Of a stretch of 33,559 bases of DNA, positions 1-10,825 are shown in pieces. The stretch is taken from positions 90,777,660 through 90,811,218 of the forward strand of contig NC_068982.1 in assembly GCF_001194135.2 (NCBI RefSeq). The letters run 5' to 3'. Origin of the DNA: Octopus bimaculoides. Its lineage: Eukaryota. The first letter of the stretch is position 1, and every line of letters starts with the position of its first letter. Both the position numbers and the translations under genes were made by a program. The notes beneath the pieces are model-generated. The model worked only from the letters and a program-made list of their open reading frames with translations, did not search any database and was not told the DNA's origin.

Positions 1-212
1 ATTTGTGTGTGTATCAGTGTTTGCCACTCACCGTCACTTGACAACCGATGCTGGTGTGTTTAAGTTCCAGTAACTTAGCAGATCGGCAAAAGAAACCGGT
101 AGAAAAAGAACTAGTGTTATAAAGAATAAGTCCTGGGGTCGATTTGACTAAAAACCCTTTAAGAGGGTGCATCAGCATGGCCACAGTCAGATCACTGAAG
201 CAAGTAAAAGAA
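1..212 (+). mobile_element. SINE 3' portion (family B, 'gacaaccgatg...aagaataagtcctggggtcgat...ctgaa(a/g)caagtaaaaga')
   Basis: Aligns by eye to the reverse complement of 10539-10720 and ends in an A-rich tail. Matches an abundant Octopus SINE as I recall it. Confidence 0.75.
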
Positions 213-234
213 TTTAAAAAATAAAAAAAATATA

Positions 235-451
235 CGAAGCGGGTGCTGAAAAGTTCTGGTATTAAGGGTTTCGTGAAAGGCCTGGCTGGAGGCCCAAACT
301 TCCGAGTTTTTTTTTACAGGGAATAGAAAAACTGAAGGACAACTGCTATAAGTATATGAATCTGAGAGAAAAATATGTTGAATATAATCATAATTAACTG
401 GTGTTCCTGTATTTTTTTACCCAAAGCCAGAAACTTCTCAGCACCCCCTCG
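235..451 (+). mobile_element. Mariner-derived MITE (~217 bp)
   Basis: Imperfect TIRs CGAAGCGGGTGCTGAAAAGTTCTGG and CCAGAAACTTCTCAGCACCCCCTCG, with TA on both sides (233-234, 452-453). The interior encodes QGIEKLKDNCYKYMNLREKYVE, like the mariner C-terminus (GIxKLxxRWxKCIxLxGxYVE). Confidence 0.85.
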
Positions 452-924
452 TATATGTTCTTGTTTATTATACACGCTATCACATTGATTTATATCACGA
501 GTACTATTGATAACTCCCGTTCTACAGAACAAATATTATATTCATTCTATTCCACGGGAATCACCGGTGATGCACACGATAAAAAGTGTTAAGACGTCCA
601 GTATACTTTCTTTCATTTATGAATTTCTTCATTCATTTTTTTCTGCAGATTATATTTCAGAAAGTATTATACAATCGTTAATGACTCCTTTCTTTACAAA
701 ATTTATTTTATGGAATCCAACGCTCCAGTGAAGAGAATGAATGTGACTTGAAATCTTCTGATATCTTCAGGTAGATTCCTTGAAAAACAAAGAAATACTG
801 AAACGTGTTGTGCACATCACCAAAATTCCAACACTGTAGTTTGAACTCCGGTAATGTGAGGCTTCGTGAAAAAAGACATCACAATTGAGAGTTACCGGTG
901 ACTCCCATGGTTGGCAAAATGTTA

Positions 925-1131
925 AGGCAGCAAGCTGGAACAATCATTAGTGCACTGGAAAAAGCATATTTTGCAGTATTTGTTTGTTCCGGATCCTTAC
1001 ATTCTGAGTTCAAATCTCACCGTGCTCAATTTTGCCTTTTGTTTTACGTTTCAGTTGTGTACTAAAGTCAATATAATCGACTGGCACACGTCCATTTGAA
1101 ATTGTTTGCCTTGTTCTTAAGTCAGAAATTA
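925..1131 (+). mobile_element. tRNA-derived SINE, family A (degenerate)
   Basis: Similar to 12752-12968: head aggcagcaagctggaacaatcattag, B-box-like ttctgagttcaaat, tail taatcgactgg. Confidence 0.65.
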
Positions 1132-1320
1132 ATATATTTTCAAATACTTGCATCATTTATCTGGAAGAATGAATTCTCTAATTCTAATCCTGTGAAATTT
1201 TAGTTAATGATCATTTTGGGAACTCCTTCCTGATGCAGAAATCCATGACCATGTCTGACCATGGACTTCTAGAGGACCATTTCTGTACAAGGGCTAAGTT
1301 ACTTTTTTTTTTTTTTTTTT

Positions 1321-1330
1321 NNNNNNNNNN
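1321..1330. other. Assembly gap (10 N) inside a poly-T run
   Basis: N run flanked by T homopolymers. Confidence 0.99.
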
Positions 1331-2864
1331 TTTTTTTTTTTTTTTGTTACCTTTTTTCGTTTTACTATCTTTCATTTCTTTCTTTATTTTTCTTTATTAC
1401 ACGCTTGCTTTCGTTTATCGGATAATAAAATTTGCAGCATTCATGCATGTTTCCTTTCTCACAATACCGATAATGTCAAAGAAAAAGGCAAGATGAATAT
1501 GACTAGTGTTGTCGCAGGCGCTGCCATCAAAATGCACACAAAAGAACCTCAACTTTTTCATAGTTCTGCTAATACGTCGCGTTAGTTTGGCACATTTATG
1601 CGACCATGCAATGATAAATGTTTGAGTTTCCCACGGTGATATTTGAACACACTGCACAAAGTAGCAACACAAATTCCGTGAAATTTGATCCCACATTCTT
1701 ACGACTCAGCCAATTTGCAGCTTTCCGTGGGGTGTGAAGAACCGTTGTTTTAGTACCAGGGACTTTGTTTCCTTTTTTTTGCATCTCGGATTTTAGAAAC
1801 TTCGACAGGAGATGGTTTTAAATTACAATATTGATAAAATTCTTCAGCGGACAAGGTTCAACGCTCCTACCTACATAATCAATCATTTTGCTATAATAGC
1901 AGCCAGAATTCCACATATCAGATTTTACTGACTAAAAGAAGAATGATACGCTGGCTGATGCAGTCCTAGATATTCTATAAATTCCTCTCAGCATCACTAG
2001 AAGCTTGCCTAGAGCAATAGCAACCGGAAACATTCTAAATCAATAGCACTTCCATATTTCATGTTACAAGACAGGAATTTTTAATTAATTAAAATTACAC
2101 TTGTAGTCAGAATAGGCATTGTGTTAACGAATCATTCTGATGAAATAAGACAAGAGCGATAATCCTAGAATTTAAGATAGCAAAAATTAATTCAAAATAT
2201 AATGCAGTGAATACTTAGTCTGATCTTTGACAGTATTGTGACAACGACAGCGACAAAAGGCAATATAGCATTCTAATCGATGGATATCAAGTGTCATGAT
2301 TATTTAAAATGTTGACATGGAAAATACTCAGGGAGGCCAACTGAATTCATTGCTAACATATTGAATGCAGTAAGGCAAGAATGAATTAATTTTACACCCT
2401 TATTAAGACAAGAAAGAATTGCTCTTCTTATGACTAATTCTAGGGAAGAACAGCAATAAAAAGATAACTTTGTTGACTAATACATACTTTGAAAAGAAGA
2501 GTCAACTCACTCCAAGTTTAATATTGAAGATCTGTCTGATTTTAATGAAATGAAGCATAACTACACTACAGATAAGTAAGAAGAAAAAGAAAATAACCAG
2601 ATCAATGAATAACGAGTCTTTCAAATCTGCCAAGTATGAAACTAAAGTATTTTGTGAGCAAGTTAGTCAGAGCTGAACTGAAATGTTAAAAATGAAAGCA
2701 ATGTTAAAAGTCGAGCAATATTCTATGAATAAGTATTACATGTGTATGTCTGCGTAGGTGTGTAGGTCTATGGCTATATTTGTCATGTTGGTGGTTGGGT
2801 ATGTGTACCTGTCGTTATTCCTTTATGTTAATAACCATACAGATAAACATAGACAACACACACA

Positions 2865-2865
<1 letters not shown>

Positions 2866-2903
<38 letters not shown>

Positions 2904-3030
2904 CTTTTATATATATATATATATGCGTGCGTGTGTATGTGTGTGTGTGTGTGTATTTGTGTGTGTATGTGTATATATAAATGCATGTATATGTATGTGT
3001 GTGTATGTGTGTATATATATATATACACAC
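2866..3030. repeat. Compound (TA)n/(TG)n microsatellite
   Basis: Read directly; it explains the YIYI/VCVC ORFs. Confidence 0.95.
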
Positions 3031-3036
3031 GCATAC

Positions 3037-3250
3037 CATCATCATCATTCATCATCATCATCGATTAGCGTCCATCTTCCATGCTGAGGTGGGTTGCATA
3101 GTTTGAGAGTCTCAGACAAGCTACAGGACTACATCGAGTTCCAAGCTCCGTCTTGGTTTCGTAGTTTCATGGTTTCTAAGCTTGGATATCCTTCCTAAAG
3201 CTAACCACTTTATAAAGTGTACTGGGTGTTTTTCCTTGACACTAAGGCTA
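3037..3250 (-). mobile_element. Probable 3' end of an RTE-type LINE (or related short element) with a (GAT)n tail
   Basis: (CAT)n followed by cgattagcgtccatcttccatgc...ggatatccttcctaaagctaaccacttt, which resembles a recalled Octopus RTE 3' UTR. Short tandem-repeat tails are typical of RTE. Not verified by search. Confidence 0.45.
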
Positions 3251-3591
3251 TGACTCTGTGTAGGGGGTGGGGTGCGTACGTGTGTGTGTGTGTGTGAGTG
3301 TGTGTGTTTGTGTATTGCTCCGTTATTAGTGTAATCAAAGAAAAAGTACTCCATTCAGTGGGAGATAGTAACATTTAATATACACAGGATTGAAATTTGA
3401 GCTACCATTAGTTTCATATTTTGAAAATACAACGACCAGAAAAACTTGTGTAGTTATGCCGTGTATTTCCAAGCAATTAGTTATATCTAAAATTTGTACA
3501 TTTGGTTCTGAATGATTGCTTGTCCGACCATTGTATTTTCAAAGGCATGAAACTAATAGGAGCTCATAGCTAAATCCTATTAATATTAAAT

Positions 3592-3782
3592 GATATATAT
3601 ATATATGTATGTATATATGTATGTATATATATTTATATATATATATATATGTAGATAGATAGATAGATAGATAGATAGAGTCGTACGGAGTTCAATTTAA
3701 CTTCTATGAAATTTGTGTGTCTGAGTGTGTGCGTATGTGTGTGTGTCTTTGTGTGTAAGTGTGCGCGTGTGTGCGCGTGCTC
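3592..3782. repeat. (TA)n/(TATG)n, (TAGA)n and (TG)n microsatellites
   Basis: Read directly. Confidence 0.9.
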
Positions 3783-3984
3783 TCTGCGATGTAAGTGCAT
3801 TTTCATAAGTAAAACATATATTAGCTTGCATATTTTTTATTTTGGTTTTGTACATTTGATTCAATGCCAGCTCTTCTTTATAACTTTTCCACTGATAGAA
3901 TTATTGTAACCTATGAAATTTGAACACGAATGCAAAGCAGCGCAATATAAAGCGCAAACCATTGCGTCTTATTGTCTAAGAATC

Positions 3985-4085
3985 CCGCTAATGTCCCCAA
4001 TCCATCGGTAATCTATATATCGATACTCGAAGAGTGAAAAGCAAAGTTGGCCACTGCTAGATTTGAACTCAGAGCGAAGAGAATC
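3985..4085 (-). mobile_element. SINE family A fragment
   Basis: The reverse complement contains ctctgagttcaaat...aactttgcttttca, matching the 12810-12870 region. Confidence 0.55.
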
Positions 4086-4779
4086 AGAGCTACTATCACT
4101 CTGTTCATTCGACTCATTTGTTTTTCTATTTTTTCTTTGTGTCCACCGTATCGTCATCATTATTCTGCTGCACAGCTTTGTCATTTCTTACTCCCCCACT
4201 TTCGCACTCTGGCTCCACTTTATCCATTACCACCTTCTCTTCTAACGTTTGAGCCGTCATATAACTCCTCTACAACAAATAGCCTATTCTACTCAGGACT
4301 CCTCTCTCACACTTTTAATCCGTTTTGTCCTTCACTTACTAGCATATTGTTGCATTTTGAACGCGGTTCGTAGTCTTGCAGACTTCATGACGCACTCATT
4401 TGCTGGTTGCAACAAAAGCATCAATTTAACGTTGTAAAGTGGTTGGCGTTGGAAAGAGAACCATGTTATAACAGACACTAAAGCACCATGTAATTTGAGG
4501 ATAAATTGGATCCTGTCAAACTGCCAAAACCATGCAAACATGGAACATGCATGTTCAATAATGATGACAATGAAGATGATAATGTGATGATGTTTATTCA
4601 CTGGATTTGAATGAACGAGTAGTTGCACTAACCAATGTCAACGGTCCTTCATGACCGTTGACATTGATGCGCTTCAAAAATGACGTACAAGGATTTCCAG
4701 CGGGCTAATGCTCTGACGAGGTAAAAAAAACTACGCCTAGAAAATTTGAACACAACATGAATGGTAAAATTACCTTCTC

Positions 4780-4991
4780 ATGTCGTGCCGACTCATAGAG
4801 GTATATATTCCCCTCCTGGACGGGATGTCGGTCTATCGCAGCATTATTTAGTTTTGCCAGCTGAGTGGACGGGAGTGACGTGAAATGAAGTGATTTACTC
4901 AAGAACACAGCGCATCGCCCGGTCCAGGAATCGCGGCCACAATCTTACGATCATGAATCCAACACCTTAACCACTATGACACGCTCCTCCA
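4780..4991 (-). mobile_element. tRNA-derived SINE, family C (head plus central core)
   Basis: The reverse complement starts gtggaggagcgtgtcatagtggttaaggtgttgg (A-box-like), followed by gttcttgagtaaatcacttcatttcacg...cactcagctgg. Similar to 5365-5462 and 31880-32031. Confidence 0.75.
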
Positions 4992-5084
4992 CAAAACATG
5001 CTTGATAAGAAATAAGTATATCGAAATGCTTGAATGAAAGTGGCACGGGATCACCAAGCTCTAAGGAGGAGAGGCCGTTATCTA

Positions 5085-5290
5085 TAATAGCTGTATAGTC
5101 GAATGATTGAAAAGTCCGTTTTAACATCAGAGTTGCTGAGTTCGATCCCCAATAATGGCGGCTTCGGTTAATATCTTTTGGCATAGTCTCGTGTTCACCC
5201 ATACCCTATCAGAAAGGAAACATTCCAACGGATGAGCTGCACATAAATTTCTAAAGGCTGACCATGTCACATATTCTGTCACGCTGGTCT
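5085..5290 (+). mobile_element. Degenerate SINE (tRNA-like head plus tail fragment)
   Basis: B-box-like gagttcgatcccc near 5138-5150. The segment aaaggctgaccatgtcacatattctgtcacgctg resembles 23834-23865. Confidence 0.4.
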
Positions 5291-5364
5291 ATCTTCAGCC
5301 GCTCTTTCTACCCGCTCTTCAATGTGTATAAGTTACCTAGATTGTAACAATCCACTTGAACAGG

Positions 5365-5462
5365 TTGCAGATGAGTGGACTGGAGTAACTTCAAATGAAG
5401 TGCTTTGCTCGAGAACACAATGAGCTGCCCAGTTGTGAGTACAACATCCTAACTACTAGGCT
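5365..5462 (-). mobile_element. SINE family C fragment with an internal deletion
   Basis: gagtggactggagtaacttcaaatgaagtgctttgctcgagaacacaa matches 4863-4910. Confidence 0.65.
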
Positions 5463-5817
5463 ATGTGTATTCACTGTTATACTGACTCTGGTTATGTAAT
5501 TATTCAATTACCACAAATATCTCCTGATTGCTTGGCCGCTGACGCAATAAGTCAATAAGCAGGCAGTTCATTTCATCGAACATCTAGAATACTCATCATC
5601 AAAACAGACGAGGATCCATTAACCTTATATGTATATATGTAGTCATGTGTGTACTTATGATTTAATCGCTGTACATAAGGAAGTATAGATGTATCAGTGT
5701 AAATATATTTATTGAGATTGTCTTGCATATATCAAGCTTGTAATTATTGTCACGTTTATATGTGTATGGATGTATGTTCTTGTAATCGTATACGAATATA
5801 AGTATCCAGGTGCGAAA

Positions 5818-5827
5818 CATATGTATG

Positions 5828-5861
<34 letters not shown>

Positions 5862-5962
5862 TGTGTGTATGTATGTAAGTATACATGTATATATCATAGA
5901 TAAATATACACACGTACATATGACTATATATCATATATGTATATATATTTATATACACACAC
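5818..5962. repeat. (ATGT)n and TA-rich microsatellite
   Basis: Read directly. Confidence 0.9.
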
Positions 5963-6054
5963 AGAAATCTAAAAATACATTCTTTATAAGTATTATCATT
6001 TTCATGTACACACAACAGATTAGACTGCTAGAAAAGACAAAATCCTAACTGAAT

Positions 6055-7140
6055 TTAGATGCCAAGAACCCTCCTTAGTATCCTAGCTGTCCCTAATAAC
6101 ACGGTCTTCTGGAGTTGTATTAAACTGGATTTTATGCCTATTTCCTCTATCGATTTGTTCAGTTCTTTAGAGATAGTTCCCAATGCACTTATAACTGCTG
6201 GGATACATTTTATTCGCATTTTCCATAGTATCTGTAATTCAATGGCTAGATTATAGTACTTTGCTATTTTTCTATATTTCTCATATTGATTTTTTCATCA
6301 TTTGGGACTGTAAAGTCAATTATCTGGAATGTTCTGATCTCTTTATCTACTACTACTGATCAGGTCTCCTAGCTTCTATTACTCTGTCAGTCTGAATGTT
6401 AAAGTCCCACAAAATCTTGTATTTCTTACTTTATAGTGCCTTACAAAGTTCGTGTTCATACCATTTATCAATATGTTCAAATCCTAGCTTTCTATAGAAC
6501 TCCCAGGAGATTACTCTCCCTAGGTGATCATGTTTTTTCTTGCATTTTTTGTTTCAGCATACTACATTCACTTATTATATGAGTTACGCTTTCCTCTTTT
6601 GATATGCATAACCTACATTGGCAATGTACTTGTTTTTTGTCTATCTTGGCTTTTATCCAATTAATCTTTAATGCTTGATCTTGTGCTGCTACTGACAATC
6701 TCCTTATCTCCCTTTTCGGTTTTCATTTCTGCAATCATAACCATGTCTCACGACTACTACTTGCTGCAACTATTTTGGGGAATCTACCATGCAACGACTT
6801 AGCCTGATAATTTCTGTTATTCTTTCTGGCATTTAACTTCGTTTAGGTGTTTGGTTTCCCTATGTCTTGCTGTTATTCTAGCAGATATTAATAAACCATC
6901 CTCACTATTAGCTACGTATGAGTCTACATCTACTCTAGATAACTCCATCGAGTCTTCTTCTGATATTAACCCTCTTCCGCCTTACCGTCTAGGTAAGTAT
7001 AATCTTGTTACTCCTGCCCATGGATATTGAATTCCTTCCTAGTTCTTCTGTCTAGCTTTGCTTGTTCAGTTTTTTGTCCAATCTACAATGGCTGCTGAGT
7101 ATCTAAGTAATGATACTGCCCAAATATTTACAGTCTTCAA
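6055..7140 (-). mobile_element. 5'-truncated, decayed RLE-type non-LTR retrotransposon (R4/Dong-like): RT thumb, CCHC knuckle, restriction-like endonuclease
   Basis: Manual translation gives LKTVNIWAVSLLRYSAAIVDW, RLYLPRR*GGRGLIS, CRLCISKEESVTHIISEC, ILWDFNIQTDRVIEARRPD and KYYNLAIELQILW...LQKTVLLGTARILRRVLGI* (stop at 6055-6057). Several frameshifts and stops. Confidence 0.9.
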
Positions 7141-7182
7141 TTGATCCGGGCTGTTTATGTATATGCATGTATATATACATAT

Positions 7183-7290
7183 AGGGAGAATTCACAAAAC
7201 AAAAACAAAAGACGAAGACAGGTAGTGTAGACAGCAAGCGGATGTATTAGTTTAACGCTCGGGAAGTGAAAAACTCTTTGACGTGAAAAA
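7183..7290. repeat. Fragment of an interspersed repeat (possibly a Penelope-like terminal region)
   Basis: agggagaattcacaaaac...gacgaagacaggtagtgtag...gatgtattagtttaacgctc resembles a recalled Octopus repeat. There is no second copy in the window. Confidence 0.3.
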
Positions 7291-7573
7291 CAAGGAGAGA
7301 AAATAAAGAATTTGTAGTGGCTAGCGATCTATCATGGCAAATGCCGAACAGGAGGGTCACACAGGAGAGCTAGGGAGAAGGAGTGATAATTAAGTAGTGG
7401 TGATCCCAAAACGAAGGTGCGCTTGCGTGTGTATAAGAGAGTATTATGTGCGTGTGGAAGAGGGCTGGGGACCTTGACGTGTGCATGTGTGTATGTGTAG
7501 GTGTGTGGATAATGGTGTGGGGCTGGGAAGTGGTCAGTACTAGTGTGTGCGTGGTGGTGTGATGTGATGTGAT

Positions 7574-8438
7574 NNNNNNNNNNNNNNNNNNNNNNNNNNN
7601 NNNNNNNNNNNNNNNNNNNNNNNNNNNNNNNNNNNNNNNNNNNNNNNNNNNNNNNNNNNNNNNNNNNNNNNNNNNNNNNNNNNNNNNNNNNNNNNNNNNN
7701 NNNNNNNNNNNNNNNNNNNNNNNNNNNNNNNNNNNNNNNNNNNNNNNNNNNNNNNNNNNNNNNNNNNNNNNNNNNNNNNNNNNNNNNNNNNNNNNNNNNN
7801 NNNNNNNNNNNNNNNNNNNNNNNNNNNNNNNNNNNNNNNNNNNNNNNNNNNNNNNNNNNNNNNNNNNNNNNNNNNNNNNNNNNNNNNNNNNNNNNNNNNN
7901 NNNNNNNNNNNNNNNNNNNNNNNNNNNNNNNNNNNNNNNNNNNNNNNNNNNNNNNNNNNNNNNNNNNNNNNNNNNNNNNNNNNNNNNNNNNNNNNNNNNN
8001 NNNNNNNNNNNNNNNNNNNNNNNNNNNNNNNNNNNNNNNNNNNNNNNNNNNNNNNNNNNNNNNNNNNNNNNNNNNNNNNNNNNNNNNNNNNNNNNNNNNN
8101 NNNNNNNNNNNNNNNNNNNNNNNNNNNNNNNNNNNNNNNNNNNNNNNNNNNNNNNNNNNNNNNNNNNNNNNNNNNNNNNNNNNNNNNNNNNNNNNNNNNN
8201 NNNNNNNNNNNNNNNNNNNNNNNNNNNNNNNNNNNNNNNNNNNNNNNNNNNNNNNNNNNNNNNNNNNNNNNNNNNNNNNNNNNNNNNNNNNNNNNNNNNN
8301 NNNNNNNNNNNNNNNNNNNNNNNNNNNNNNNNNNNNNNNNNNNNNNNNNNNNNNNNNNNNNNNNNNNNNNNNNNNNNNNNNNNNNNNNNNNNNNNNNNNN
8401 NNNNNNNNNNNNNNNNNNNNNNNNNNNNNNNNNNNNNN
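7574..8438. other. Assembly gap (865 N)
   Basis: N run between (TGTGA)n and (TA)n. Confidence 0.99.
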
Positions 8439-8588
8439 TATATATATATATATATGTATGTATGTATATGTATATATATATTATATATATCCTAAATTAA
8501 TAGGCATAATGGGAATTCTGTGTTTCTCGTCATTTTAAACATTTTCTTAAATATTGTACTTAATAGTCTCAGAAAATATAATATACAG

Positions 8589-8590
<2 letters not shown>

Positions 8591-8627
<37 letters not shown>

Positions 8628-8898
8628 GATATAACAGAACAGAAAGTAGTTACATACAAACATACAAACATGCAGGCATACATACATACATGCATGCATG
8701 CATGCATATATACATACATACATACATACGTACATGCATACATACAAGTATACATACATGCATGCATGCATGCATACATACATACATACATGCAAATATA
8801 CATACATGCATGCATACATACATACATACATACATACATACATACGTACATACATACATACAAATATACATACATGCATGCATACATACATACATACT
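8591..8898. repeat. (TG)n followed by a long (TACA/TGCA)n compound microsatellite
   Basis: Read directly; source of the MYVC/HTYI ORFs. Confidence 0.95.
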
Positions 8899-9518
8899 TG
8901 CAAAGACCTTGGCAACAACTCTTACACTTAGACCAGACAATGGAACGATCTCCAATACCATAAACATTTCAAAGGAAATATTCCAAGGAGTTAGTCTCTC
9001 TGTTCATTTAGGTGTTAAATCCATTACATTCCTGCTACAAAAATCAAATGACTACTGCTAGAGATATTAACATAACCCATAATTTCTTTATGGATGACCT
9101 CTAGATATATGCGAAAAATGTTAACAATGCTGAAAAGATCTGAAATTAACAACAGCATTTTCAGTTAACATAGAAATGCTCATGTTTGATGGTTGAATGG
9201 AGAAAATCAGTCCCCCAGACACAAAAATTAAGATAGAGTGACCCAAGAATATTATACCAGAAAATATAGCAATCAAAACTTTCCTCTTACAACAAGATAA
9301 TATCCTACATTCCATTTTCAGTACCAGTGCTAATTCCAACATTTGGGATACTTGACTGATCTGCAAAAGAAATCCACTCTATACACGTTAAAACCGGCAA
9401 GATTCTCATATCAACTGGAAATTTCCACAGAAGTATTGATAACGACAGGCTCTGCTTAAGAAGAGATAAAAGGGGTAGAGCTTTGAGATCAGTGCCGGCA
9501 GCCTTTGAATCTTGCATA

Positions 9519-9520
<2 letters not shown>

Positions 9521-9567
<47 letters not shown>

Positions 9568-9583
9568 TCTCTCTCTCTCTCTC
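9521..9583. repeat. (CT)n microsatellite inside the LINE
   Basis: Read directly. Confidence 0.97.
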
Positions 9584-10538
9584 AGACAGCAATTGTTAAA
9601 CAGCAGCAGAATTATATACATTAACTTAGTGGTGAAAAATTAAGAAAACAATATTCTACATGTCTCTTTCCGATGACTTCCCATACAAATCCAAATCAGC
9701 TGGACAAGCATACCTCAAAATAGACCTGGAAGTGAAACGCTCAGCATACCAAAAACAAACTATTCATGAGTATGTTTCCCGAACACTTGAAGAAGACAGT
9801 AACATTGACATGAAGCGAAGCCTTTCTTGAACTCGTGACTGCAACATCACATCACACTTCGAAGGCTGTGGATTTATAATCGAAAAACAGATTGCTACTA
9901 CAACCTAATAAACAAAAGGGGCAGTTTAACCCTTGGAGTTCCAAGATACAACAGAAAAAGGAGGTTATGTCATATTTCTTTGGAAAGCATTACACATGTG
10001 ATGAGCATGTACCCAAAAGTGCCATCAAGGTACTAACTCACTATGCGACACAACGTTGTTGCGAAAACATTATACAATGCCATTTAGAAAATAAAAGTCT
10101 CTCCTGGAATAAATATAGAGAATCCCATTGTTACTGAATATGTACTCAAATATCAGCACAAGAAATACTAGTGGAACTTTGCCATCAAAACATATGTCAA
10201 GTGTAAGCATAACATGTCGGATATTGTTGTTTGGGACGGACAAGAAAACTTATGTACCGTCATAGAGGTCAGCTGTCCCGCTGATGTAAATATCTCTTTG
10301 AAAACCAAAAGCAAACAAAATAATTATGGACAATTACTTCAAAACTTCAGGCTCCTATATTCAGATTGCAAATTTACATCTATTACATTTATACTAATAG
10401 TAATTGGTACACATCATATTGTATGTAAATGCCTAACTGTCAGTCTGGATAAGCTTGGATTTTCAGAGAAAGAATTCAACTGATTCGCTTATTACGAATA
10501 CAGTCTGTAAGCGGAACAGTAAAAGTATACTTTTTCTC

Positions 10539-10738
10539 TTTTACTTGTTTCAGTCATCTTACTGTGGCCATGCTGGACCACCGCCTTTAGCCAAGAAAAT
10601 CGCCCCCAGGACTTATTCTTTGTAAGCCTAGTACTTATTATTCTATCGGTCACTTTGCCAAACCGCTAAGTTAAAGTTACGGGGACGTAAACACACCAAC
10701 ATCAGCTGTCAAGCGATGGGGGGGGGACATATACACAC

Positions 10739-10784
<46 letters not shown>

Positions 10785-10825
10785 GACAGGCTTCTTTCAG
10801 TTTCCGTCTACCAAATCTACTCGGG
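10539..10825 (-). mobile_element. 5'-truncated SINE family B with an internal (TA)n/(CA)n and an 8-bp TSD
   Basis: Homologous to 1-212. Its 5' end (accaaatctactc) matches the start of 29201. TTTTTCTC flanks it at 10531-10538 and 10826-10833. Confidence 0.85.

Noticed and set aside
1415-1784. Overlapping 93-aa and 62-aa minus-strand ORFs in a slightly GC-richer stretch
   Set aside because: No recognisable domain and no paired strong splice sites.
1900-2650. A-rich stretch with faint LINE RT-like words (IRQE, KTRK)
   Set aside because: Too degenerate; no YADD-type motif recovered.
4712-4746. CTGACGA...GAAA resembling a hammerhead ribozyme core
   Set aside because: No G-C pair closing stem II next to GAAA, and no convincing stems I or III.
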